Both the position numbers and the translations under genes were made by a program. A stretch of 64,000 bases of DNA, from positions 45,388 to 109,387 of the forward strand of contig NMRA01000866.1 of the NCBI GenBank assembly GCA_002633005.1. The letters are read 5' to 3'. The notes beneath the pieces are model-generated. The model searched no databases and was not told the origin of the DNA. It was given only the letters and a program-made list of their open reading frames with translations. Numbering within the stretch: the first letter of the stretch is position 1; each line of letters begins with the position of its first letter. The DNA comes from Phoronis australis. Taxonomy: Eukaryota; Animalia; Phoronida. Below, piece after piece: positions 39,348 through 50,848 of this stretch.

Positions 39348-40521
39348 CGCAAAGCTGTATAGGCCTACTAACAAGCTGTATTTTGACGATAGTCTTCACT
39401 GGTAGCTGGTGACTGAGGCTAACTAAGGTCTGCCGCGGCAGTGTGACACAGGACTAACCAGCCCGTAATTTCATGCAAGTGTCTGAAACTACCCTTGAAC
39501 ATATGCAGTATTTATGATTTGACCATTTTACTTCGACAAAACAGCTTGCAACCGCATGCATTTACCGTTCGCCAGTGTCTGGTCTCGATCCGCACCGGGT
39601 CCGATAGGCTGCGGTCCCGAGTGTGGCAAAATAATTTCTGTCAAAATTTATTCGCCACATTTCTTCAGCAAATTAGATAAAATTGTCCGTAGTTTGATTT
39701 TATTAAAATTAAGGCGCGCTGTCGATTATTTCATCCCCGTTTGCTGGCTGGTAACAGTACAGGCACTGCTCCAGTCGCATGTGCTGACAGCGTTTTCTCG
39801 GCCTGGGTTCCTGAATGAATTGTACTTCCGTGTTCGCGGCAAGTTTAAAATGGCGGTGTTTCTTCGGGTGCGAATCGTGAGTGGCGCGTTCATTTAAACT
39901 TTTTTCGAGTACGGATCGTGTATTAGTTATGGGGTAAGTACTTCTTGGATCCTTATAACATCCTCTAACCATGTAATAAGGGTTAACAACGCGTGAGAGA
40001 AGGACTTTAAAGGATGATTTTGTACTTGGCTTCTTAAGCCTCAAGGTGTTTATCTTTGAATTTCATTTGCATATTCAGGTCTCCGGAATGAGCGGTTGCT
40101 TGCGATACACGTCGAACTGAAAAAAAAACGCGAACTGTTAACAATAATTTAACATTAACTACGAGAAAGTTGGCATGCAAATTTTTCAGACGTACTTATC
40201 AGGAATTGATTAACCACCAGCCTAACAAATTTACTTGCCGTCTGATCTGTCGACTAAAATGTTGACCATCTAACAATTAGATTAGTTAATGTGACTGAAA
40301 ATAAGTCAGCTGATATACCAGTGCAGGAATTGAAATTTATTTTTAATCAGATTCTCATACCATAGTCAATCGATTTACGTTTGGACAGGGGCTTCCCCTG
40401 TCCTCAAATTACAACGGGGACGCTTGCCACTTAGGCACTTCAATTTCATTACCGTTGCAGCCACCCAAGTAATTAACGTTTACGAAAAATCGAGAAGAGG
40501 TTCCTCCTGTCCCAGGATTAC

Positions 40522-40677
40522 CAGTGACGGATTTAGGGGGGGGGGCAGGGGACCATGCCCCTCTACAATTCTCCTAGATTACATTTGGCAGTTCGGGGGT
40601 GCGAATTTCCGACAGGCAAAATCCTGGCTAATACTCTGCCCTGGTTCCCCTTAACTCAAAATTCTGGATCCGCCCTG
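40522..40677. mobile_element. Short MITE with 5-bp TSD (hAT5-like)
   Basis: CAGTGACGGATTTAG ... CTGGATCCGCCCTG, flanked by ATTAC/ATTAC. Confidence 0.8.
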
Positions 40678-43600
40678 ATTACAGAAGGGGATGACGGCCA
40701 CTTGGGCATGTTGATTACAACCATCTACACCATTTAACTTTCTCAAAAAATTGACTAAAGTGCTTAAAATCACCCACAGTATAAAGCTATATGATTTTCC
40801 TCTGGAGCAAGCAGTGTCCATTTGGATAACTGAACGACGGATTGTTCGGAAAACAGAATTGCAGGAGTATTGTTTAAACTGGGAACAAATAAAAACATTA
40901 ACGGCCTTTTGAGGCATCCCTGTGCACGGAAAAGGTACTTCTTAACTCAGTGGCGGATCTAGGATACCATAAGGGGGGCAGCATGTTGTCTCCGAGGATT
41001 GGGCGAAAGTTGCGGGAGTTGACGATGTGAATGGTGTTCCCAAAATCTATCGGACGACTAGAAAAACNCCCTCGTCCGCTGCCGTTCCTAGTTCTTGAAC
41101 TCCATATTTCCTCCGATTCATGCTGTTTAATTTTGCTTACACCAGCCAAGGGGGCTGCCTATGTAACTTATAACAACATAACTGATGGTTTAATCAGTGT
41201 GATGCAGAATTTGCCGAAAAGCATCCGGCATATGGAAGACCTAAAGTATGGTCATTATCTCTACTGGGCCAGTGGTATTGTCAGGCCTGGGCAGCCAATG
41301 GGCTGAACAAATTAAAAAGCAACAGGTGATAATATTGAATACACTTGGAAAAATTGAGATATACCTTCAAAAACACATACCTGTTTTTCAAAGCAATAAA
41401 GTTGTTGCTTCTTTCTCTTTCTTGAGTTGTGGTCCATAATATACTTTTCCTGCCCTCAAATGGTGCACTCATGTGTCAGAATGCTCCAAATTTGTTCAGG
41501 TTAATTTGGTGTTTCTGATTTTTGAAGTCTAATTGGTTTTCTTGGGAAATCTTGGGCAACACCTGTAGCACTTTCAGCAGCTTCAGCTTTAGTACTACTG
41601 CTGGTGTCTTGAGACGTTGCTATGCGTTTCTGTGTCCTTTCAATTTTTGATGTGACACTTAATCTTCTACATGAGTATAGCAGGACATGTTATAACCCAG
41701 TTGGGCAAATCAGCTGTTTTCCTGCGCAAGCGCTTGTGACACCTCGTCTTCTTTTGCATCTAATTTATACTGATCTACAGAGTTGCACAGTTCATCAGCT
41801 TTCGTCAAGATGGTTCTCACGCTTCTTCAAATTCTGGTTATCACAATTTAATGCTGTTTGATAGACCTTGAATTATACAGGCATCACACTCCATGGGAGC
41901 TGGCTTATTGAAATTACTTAGCACAACAATACAACCTGGCTCTCTGACAAACGCCACCAAGTGACAGGAATGTGCATACTATTTCGTGCAACAAAAACAC
42001 CTTTCTAAAAAATGTGTAGACGTGGGAACTTTTTTGGAATTTGATTTATACATGTAGGTGTATTATCTGGCCACATAGAAAAAACTATGTTGCCCCCCCC
42101 CCCCCCCAAATACTCACAACAATGAATGATATGAGATTTTCTGACCTAGGTGCGAAAAGACTCGCGCTGTTCTTGTGCGCGTGAGCCTTTCGTTCGTAAG
42201 ATGTTTAACACCGCCTTACGCAATTTGGCCATTTTACTCCATCTTTAGGGGGCACTCAATACAGGTTCAATTAGCTAAATTATGTTTTTTTAAATGTTGT
42301 TTGCTTTGTGTGTTTTGGTATAACTCCCGAGACTGTGGATCAACTTTGGCAACTTCATACCAAGGTTGCTAAATGTAAGCGATTCTAATTGTTTTGTTGC
42401 ACTAGAGAATTTCCCGCGTTCAAAATTGAAGCTGGGTGTCTTGACTGGAAGCACGCGGGTGGTACGGTTTTAAAGACTAGACGTGTATCTTTTTGCTATC
42501 GTATGAAGCTTTTCTGGAATAAACCTCAATGCTGTTCGAATATAATAACAACGCATCAGTTATAAATTACTGACATTATCCTTCAGGGATTATCATTAGG
42601 AATTAAACAGAACACTGGTTTGATGTGTGTTCGTTTTGCTGGGTTTCACTCCGCAAACCATTTGAGAAGCTAGCAATTGTCAAATTATCCGCCAAAAGTT
42701 GGTCATCAAACCTTTTCTCTTACCCATAGTTCAGTGTGTCGAACGCTCTCTACACATTCTGATTTTTCATGTACGACTTCGTAACCGAATGTCGTATACG
42801 ACGAAATGTAGTGTATTCCGCCGGCTCGGCTTTTCGATCTACACATGTTATACCACTTGCTGCGCGAAATTGAGCACTCCGATTTTGCTCCGCCTCTCGT
42901 TCGACTCGGAGAAGTGGCATGCGACTTTTGAACCACTGTCTAAGCACTCTGATAGTCGCATACGAAATCAGTACAAAGTCGTATGCGAGAACTTGGTGTG
43001 TAGACCTGGACTAAAAAAAACCAATTCGATACTTTCTTAGTAAAGCACTCTCAGCCCGCACCAATTTTTGGTCTGTGTCTTCGTATACATTATGTCTTTC
43101 GACCACAGTAAACAAACTCCGATTGTCGTTAGTAGACTTTGTGTGCGACTTATTTCGAAAAATTGTGTCGAAGTTTTTGCCTACTCAATCCCATTATGCG
43201 ATAGCCCAATACGAAGTCGAAATCGGCAAATTGTAGAGTGTAAACAGGACTAAGCCCCCGAAAACACTGACAAATAATTATCTTTATTAAAATCATTTTT
43301 CTTTAGAGGCTTTATGATGACGTAGAACTATTACCTCTGTGCCGTAGGTTGCAGATATTTCTTTGTATAGTGGAGATAACAATGCTCTAAGCTACCTACT
43401 GACATTAAATGATTCTGCCATACTTAAGGTTTGCGCAAACAAAATTTATAGCAATGATGCGGCTCTATTCTGTTATCAATAAGTATATTAATTGACCTAG
43501 TTCAAGTCACGGAAATGTCTTTTAACTCGTTGTCAGTGCATGGAGGCGGTCCTTGAAGGTCCTGCAGAATGGAATGCTGCCATTTGTAGAACCGCTTGAC

Positions 43601-43960
43601 TAAGGAAGCCTTATTACTTGGCAGTCTCTTAAAAAAAATTTTTACGTTTATTATTTAATGCATGCAACTTTAAGCGTTGACTGTATAGTTCCTCCACCAA
43701 GCAAAAGATGGAGCTTTAGACATATGCCTTTTGTTGTTACACCTCAGTGGTAAATAAAAGGTCATTGTCTCTAATGAATCTTGGATGTCGCAAATAGTAG
43801 CCTTCCACACCTGCATGTCGCGGTGTTATTTTCTTTCTTTAGTCGTGGACAGAAGGAAGACCGGGCCTCCTGGAAGCTGACAGGCGTGCCTCTTTTGTAG
43901 TAACCGTCACTGAGTCACGCAAATACTTCAGGTTGCAAAATCGCACAAAGTAAGACAGTT

Positions 43961-45023
43961 CTGTGTGTGTGTCACATCGGTCATGCCACGATAAAAACAA
44001 CTCACATGCCTAAACATGTCGATTCGGACGTTGGCAAGTAAAAATTGAGTGTCCGTGTAAGAGTCAATGTTGCCAGGCCACTGCACACAGTGCCGTCTAT
44101 TGATCAGCTAACGAATGGCAATGTAACCTACCACCACTATCAAGCAACTTCGTCCAAGGTTTCGTTCTAAGCTAATTTCTTCAGAGTTTGGAGAGATCAC
44201 GAAAGTCTTCGCGAGCATGGTCGCGTATAAATTGTACTAGCTCTATGTCATGACTGAGCTTTCACTCGCAACAAAAGTTGCGGTGCAGCCAACGAGCCCC
44301 AGAGACAGGTACCAACTCGGAAATTACACGTACGTGCACAGTAAATCATGGGAGAGATTTGTGATCCAAATTCCACGCGGATGACACCGAAAAGCAATTA
44401 AAACCAGTTTAAACCATGCCGTGGTGTCAAAAAAGCAACTTTCATTCACAGGCGTGTCGGATTCTATTTGCTCTCTCAAAGCAACGTCTTCGCGCGTTCT
44501 TTAACTTCGTTTCGAATAGAAATTGGATACAATTTATCGCCCGTACATCCCGCGAAGGCCATAATTATTACCTTGACATTGACAACTGAAACTTAACTCT
44601 TTGGGACAAGGTCTTGTATGACGTAAGGGCGATCAGACAGTTAAGCCTAGAAATCATTTGTACAGTGATCTGCGTAGCGAACCAAAAGAGACCGATTTTA
44701 TGACGGTATACAGCCTAGGCCTATGTCAAAAGTTGTTGCGAGTTTATCGCTGTTTCATCACTACATTTCAACATTGTCGTCAGCTGTGACATATTGTCGT
44801 AGTATAATCAAAAATATAGTCAAAGTCAACATGTGTACCAGATACGACAGAATCACTGCAAGCGAGCTACGGTAACCCGCACATGTTCAGTCTTGCGATT
44901 TTTTTTAGTACAATGAGCAAGTAACTGTTTCCCATAGTAGGTATTGACAAGGTTTTTTAAATACAACAGCAAAAATAATCCAATTTAAATGCCATCCAAA
45001 ACGTGTCTTTGAGTTGTGTGAAC
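43961..45023 (+). repeat. About 1.05-kb diverged direct repeat, copy 1 (copy 2 is 50849-53574, interrupted by a family A element)
   Basis: Colinear from CTGTGTGTGT..GTCACATCGG to AAACGTGTC.TTGA.TTGTGT.AAC. Confidence 0.85.
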
Positions 45024-45184
45024 ATAGACCATAGTACAGTACAGCCACTGAATTATTAGACTTCGTCCGGTCTGCCTCCGGTCTGGCTAAGCGTGAGCGT
45101 AACCGGAGACTGACCGGAGAGTGAGGCGTGAATCAACCGTGACAGCTGGCGTGAGCCTAAGCGTGAACGAAGCGCGAGCGCACC

Positions 45185-45228
45185 GTGAGCCAAGCGTGAG
45201 CCAAGGGTGAGCCAAGGGTGAGCCAGGC
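45185..45228. repeat. 11-bp tandem repeat (GTGAGCCAAGG) x4
   Basis: Seen directly, inside a GTGA-rich patch at about 45090-45230. Confidence 0.8.
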
Positions 45229-46980
45229 GTCAGTTTCTCTGCCTTCTCTACAGTCGGGACATTCATTATTGCTATTTCAACTCGTTTAGCGCGACTAGAA
45301 CAAAGTACTCTATTGTATTTCAAGAAACATTTCTCAGTGCTGGAATAGTAAACAACTGTAAGAACTTTGAGAACATCGGTAAGAAATTGCCAACTGCGTT
45401 TGCAATATAATAGGCCTATATATATGGTACTGGTCAGCTGTCTCAGGGCATCCCTATTATACGACGATATAGTTCGTTAAAGGAGGTTTGGATGCACAGA
45501 CTGGTCCAATTACTCAACTGGAATTTATCAACAAGCGACAAGTGAGTAAGGCTACCTTTAATGCTATCAAATCAACAAAATTGGCAGACATGTATCATGG
45601 ATATGTAATGAATTGCATGAAACATTGTAGATTAGTGGATTTATTATTTGACATTTTAGTTCTTGTTATATTAAATATAAACTGTAAATTGTGTATTGTT
45701 TTTCATTTGTGTTCAACCTGTTAGATCAGAGGCACAAGTGCCGATCAAAGTACATGTATTTTATGTAGATTGATTTTAGCGCAGATTCCTGACTGCACTT
45801 GAGAGCTCGCTTTACTCTCTAGTAGTGCCATGAGGGTAATTTTTATATAACCTCAGCAGGATATATAATGTATACTGAAACCGGGTATATGAGAACTTCG
45901 GCTTTCGAAGTCTAAATTCAAGTTTGCAGCTTTCACTGAAATGGTACCCGTGTGTTGGCCTTCGTATAAAAACTTTGAATGAAAATAGACCAACTGCCAT
46001 AAAAATACAGCTTCAACAGTGAAGATCAAATCACTGCCTGACTTGCACACCTACTTCTTCCTGTGTTTGCAGTTATATCACTCTTGTTATGCCGCGGCAG
46101 GCATTGCCACTGAGCCGAGGGTTTACGTGTTGCCTACGACTTCTGTGTTCCAGTCTGTATGATTCGGCCATCCGGAAAATATAAGACGAGATTTTAGGGA
46201 TAGGAATACTTTATTTGTTTCGTTTCATTTGGATTGATGTGATAATTGATATTTAATTGTTTTAGGGATAGTTGAATGATTAAGCTAGCATATCACAAGG
46301 CAATTTAATTGATTTTGATTTTTTATAAATTGCACATTCAGTTGTACCTAATAATTCCAACTCATGTCTCTGTTAGCCAGTTCATACGATGTTTCAAACG
46401 TATTAATCATCTTATTACTCGGCCTTTTGTCGTCCACCAGCGCATCACAATTTATTTTTTAGTACTATTACTGTAGTGGTTGTTTTGTCACCCATTTTAG
46501 TTACTTATGATTTTTATCTTTCGGTTGAATGTAAGCTATATTATACATCGCATATGTCTATTTTCTACGACTATTTCGCACTCTTAGCACTGTATACAGA
46601 ATGCAGCAAATAGCAAGTGACATACTTAGCCACTCGCCCAGTCGAAATGTTGGGAAGGGTTCCTGCAAAATGAAAAATACACTACCTGTAGGTTGGAATG
46701 ATGCACAGACCGGCATCCCACACCCTAATTTTTTAAACATTCAGATAAGCTGCGCACATTAATTGAAAATGTCTAGGGTTAAATGACCACCAGCAGTTCC
46801 CTAGCAATCACGCACGATTTACCTGTGGGCAATTTCAAGACAAAGAAAGGTCTTTTTGGAAGTGACTTCATTAAAGTCGTAGGAATATGCTTAACTTCAG
46901 ACAAGAACAAAAGAGTGGCTGCCACGGAACAGTAGAAAAATGTTTAAGTAACAACATGACCTGCAGTCAAATGACAATAC

Positions 46981-48159
46981 CTTTCAAAAGACCCCCGACC
47001 CCTTCCGTTTTCGCTATAGTGCGATAGGCATTCACGCAACCCGTGTAGTGTACGACTCGGGTGGCGCCTGGAGCTTGCATCCTAACTTTTACGACATCTA
47101 TTGGCTGAGCACAAGTTACAGCCAGACCACCCGTGGTAATACCGGCCAGTATACGAAGACGAATATCTTTGCCACCTGTGAAATAGGTAACCACGACTAT
47201 GATTTATAAATAACATATTTTTAAGTGTTTTCATTTCAAAGCAGTAGACACCAAAAAAGATCAGTCAATAATATTTATTGAAGAAACGCACCATGTCCGC
47301 GGTTAAGATCGTCGTTAATGTTGACTTTAACTTACAACTTAGTTGCACTCTTTCGTTGGTCATGTGGAAACCATCAAACTTAAAATAAAATTTTTCATTA
47401 TTTTTATCAAAACCAAAAAGCGACTAGGTCACGTAAACACGTTTTCAACGACAAATGCTATTCTAATAGATACTCTTTTCGTTTCATTTTACTAAAACTT
47501 CATCAAAGGGTATTAACCCCAGTTAGTTCAGTAGAAACTTTAGCCCAGATAATGCTTATTCAACACAAACACAAATATTTTCAAGCTTAACTGCATTTAA
47601 TATATAATTGTCACATTATTTTTTTTGTTTTTGGTGATACATCACCACCCGAGTGACAGCTTAGTATCCATGTATTGTAGGTACTCACTCAACTACAGCC
47701 TTGTGTACTGAGGTTTCCGCGGAAACCCCCCACCCCCACTTTTTAAAAACACTTTCAAAATATCTAGTACAATAAGGCTACCTCCGACAAACAGGACTAA
47801 AAGTTACGAAGTGTAAACATTTTAGCGCCATCTTTCGACTGGTGAAACTCATCTGGTGTTTTAGGTTGGTGGATGTACAGGCAAGAGTACCCTTAAACAA
47901 ACTCTCAGGCAGTAAAACCCCCATAAGACAACGGAAATCCTCTTAACAGTGGATCCAAATAAACTTTGGTGTGCTTTCTTCACTTCATCATTGAGCCTGA
48001 CACGAACCGATGCGAAACACATCTGTCGCTGGAGTCCAGCAGCAAGACCACCGTACAAGGCGCCAGGGCCTTCCTGTTTGCTGATTGTCACAACTGAGCC
48101 AAAATCTCCTTATATTTGAACGTTTTAACACTCGCCGCAGTGGTTCCTTCACCCTGAAT
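46981..48159 (-). pseudogene. UCP: Mitochondrial uncoupling protein (UCP2/3-like, SLC25) two-exon pseudogene fragment
   Basis: Exon 47947-48159: IQGE...KY..[frameshift][34 protein letters not shown]. Exon 46981-47175: LRILAGITTGGLAVTCAQPIDVVKVRMQA...HYTGCVNAYRTIAKTEGVGGLLKG. Has a 1-nt deletion, a TTAAGA donor instead of GTAAGA, and substitutions at conserved sites. Confidence 0.8.
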
Positions 48160-48514
48160 CTGTTAATAGTAATAGAAAAAAGTGAGATAAAAAGAAACAC
48201 TTACTGTCAAAAGCCGCACTAAAAAGACAGCAGCAATCGCTGTGCAGAGAAACCAGTAACTGAAAACCGTAATTCAGTATAGATGTATGTTACGATGAGC
48301 ATCGAATTTTTACTTTACGCATGTTGGAAATAGCCGCTTGTAGCATTCAACAACACTGAATATCGGTGCATATTAATATCTGCGTAATTTTACAACGACA
48401 TTAAGTTAAAAAACAAAATTTGTCATTTAAAAGGATACAAAAACCCTGTTTCGATTGGCGTTATTTCACCTGCTAATGCATCATTGGCGTAAATCTAGAA
48501 AGATAGAAACAGTT

Positions 48515-48666
48515 ATACCACAATATTAGCCTCGAATGGCAGATACAACCATAAAGTTATCTCACTAGTAAGATAACATTTTGGCGGGAAACCGAGGCCG
48601 GATTCGAAACCGGGCCTCAAGAGTTTCGAGTCGCCGACTTTACCACTACACCACTCAGCGGCTGAC
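48515..48666 (-). mobile_element. tRNA-derived SINE copy 1
   Basis: Pol III A box TGGTGTAGTGG and B box GGTTTCGAATCC, followed by a non-tRNA body shared with 61808-62330. Confidence 0.8.
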
Positions 48667-49196
48667 GACATCGAACGTGAAAATAGAATACTTAAATGAG
48701 CACGCGCACCAATCGCATGTTCAGCAAAGGGCACTGCACCGACATTTATACGCTATGAAAAATAAAACGCATAATTTCCATAAAAACGATATTTTAATTC
48801 ACTGAATGTTTTCTCTCGTGTTCTCTCACTTGTAAATCACCGATCTCCAATTTGAATGCGGATATCGTGTCGCCGGGATCATTTGACTTGAGCGTTATAG
48901 TCAGTTACTAGTAGTAATCTACTTTAGCAGACGATATTTTCCCGGCGTGATAAAATGTGTAGTAAGCTATAATAGTTGCTAAACCTTAAGTTATAGATTC
49001 ACTTCATTTCTATTTTGTTTAAATTTCCAATTGGTTTTGAGTAAAAGCGTTATTTGACAAAAATAGCTCGGCTTTTCTTAAAAGGTCACGACCTCCGACC
49101 CCGGGTCTCTGACATAGAAAGTAGTTACAAAGCCGAGGCGAGTCGATAAAGGTAGATCGATTCATTGCAATGTTTCTCGTTTAGTATGGGGTATAA

Positions 49197-49334
49197 ATAG
49201 ATTATTACATGTTCTCAGTCGTTATCCCCCTTATCTAGAGCCCTCGTGGATTTTGGAGAGTTATCACCCTCTCTCCAAAATCCACTCGGGCTCTAGATAA
49301 CGGGGGATAACGACTTCGCCATGTAATAATCTAT
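49197..49334. mobile_element. 138-bp palindromic (hairpin) MITE
   Basis: ATAGATTATTACATG..AGTCGTTATCCCC.TTATCTAGAGCCC..GTGGATTTTGGAGAG, a short loop, then its near-perfect reverse complement. Confidence 0.85.
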
Positions 49335-50848
49335 ATGAATCAACTAAAAACGTATACTGTCTGTGTCACAGATTAGACATTATGGTTATTGGTGGTTTTT
49401 TCCGTTCTCCACAGTTGCCTTGAAATTCGCAAAAAGCATAGGTCACGCTCATCCGTTTAGTAGACCGCGAAAAGAGTTTTCAAATTTCCATTCCAACTTT
49501 TGTGGGTGGTCGAGGGTAACAGGGCATTATTTTGTTTCAGAGAATTGGATGGGAAAGTCGTTTTTAATATCTGTTAATAGGTCAAAACCGGATTTGTTAT
49601 CCTTTTAAATAATACTAAATCTGCGCAAGTGAAAATATTAACTCAGTGTAACCCTACCTGCAATCAGCAATTGTGAATTCTAACGTAGAATCGAACATAC
49701 ACAGGAAGTTTTGGTTAGGGATGGTGAATAGAGGTCCACGGTTAAAGATATGCGAAATGTTCTCTGTTCAGTTTCCCAAAACAGAAGTCACAAAGACTGT
49801 ACATTCCAGGTGCGTTACGCCCGGCTGAATTTCTGAGGGTTTCCTTGCTTGGTTGCTCTGCTTTAAGCAGCACCATTCCCATTTCCTAAAAAAGAAGAAT
49901 TCGAAAACATAAAAAGTCGTCAGATGATCATTCCAGAAAATTCTTACTACCCCAACTCAAATAATGGCGAAATACAATGATCTTGTTTACAGGACGTATG
50001 ATGAACTTGGCTACAATCCTGGAATACAAATATCCGTTCGTTTGAAAATATCACATGGCTCAGAAATTGTGCTAATATAATGAAATGCAATTTATTACAC
50101 TAAAATATCCACAGACTCCAGTCGAAAAGTACAGCGATCATGTGACTTTGCACGCAAAGCTTTACACGGTACCCGGATAGTCGTCGTTTAAACAAACACA
50201 AACCTTACTATCCTATAAGGTCATGCTTACTTCCCCTCATTGAAGCACCCTTTTCACCCAATCTCAGATTCAGTTGGCACAGCTGCAAGCCATTTCACCA
50301 AGTATTAAAGGTCTCGCGAATATCGAGGCTGCTTAAAATCTATCACCACTAGTACACGCCCGCCCTCTACTAATGTGAAGATTGTCGAATAGTCACATAA
50401 TACAGATAAAAACAAATGTCAACATACAGAAAACCCTAGTAATTCCAAATATTGCGCAATCGCTCTTTGACAGTGAAATGAACAAATAACAAAAACTGCG
50501 CTTTGTTTTATAAGGGTAACGATGACATTACCGTATTCATTTACATATAGTCTGGCAAAACGAGACTTACGTGAGATTGTAACGGCTACTGGTTCTTGGG
50601 TGGTTTCCGGCACACGGGAAAACCCGAGGTTGTTTGTAAACAAATACCTCATTACCACATTCGCAATTTAATGACACATATATAGCATCTTTAACTTGGT
50701 TATGATTGTGGTTAGTAGTACCAGCAGCTGCAACAATTTTGTTGTTGTTGTCTTTCTGTATCCCATTTTACCCTATCGGATAGGGCTGGACCCGAGTTAT
50801 ACACGGGGCTTCGATCGAACCCCCGAACCTTGCCGGGCTACGGGCCTG

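Noticed and set aside
39848-39935. Another THAP start (..NREWRVHLNFFRV..)
   Set aside because: Requires several frameshifts, has no clear C2CH completion and no element ends were found.
42745-43253. Harbinger-like MITE remnants ending GTGTA.AC..GGACTAA
   Set aside because: Two similar right ends but no matching left TIR or TSD could be fixed by eye.
48590-48666. tRNA gene
   Set aside because: It has A and B boxes but no convincing acceptor stem or cloverleaf, and it continues into a body shared with a second diverged copy. This fits a SINE head.
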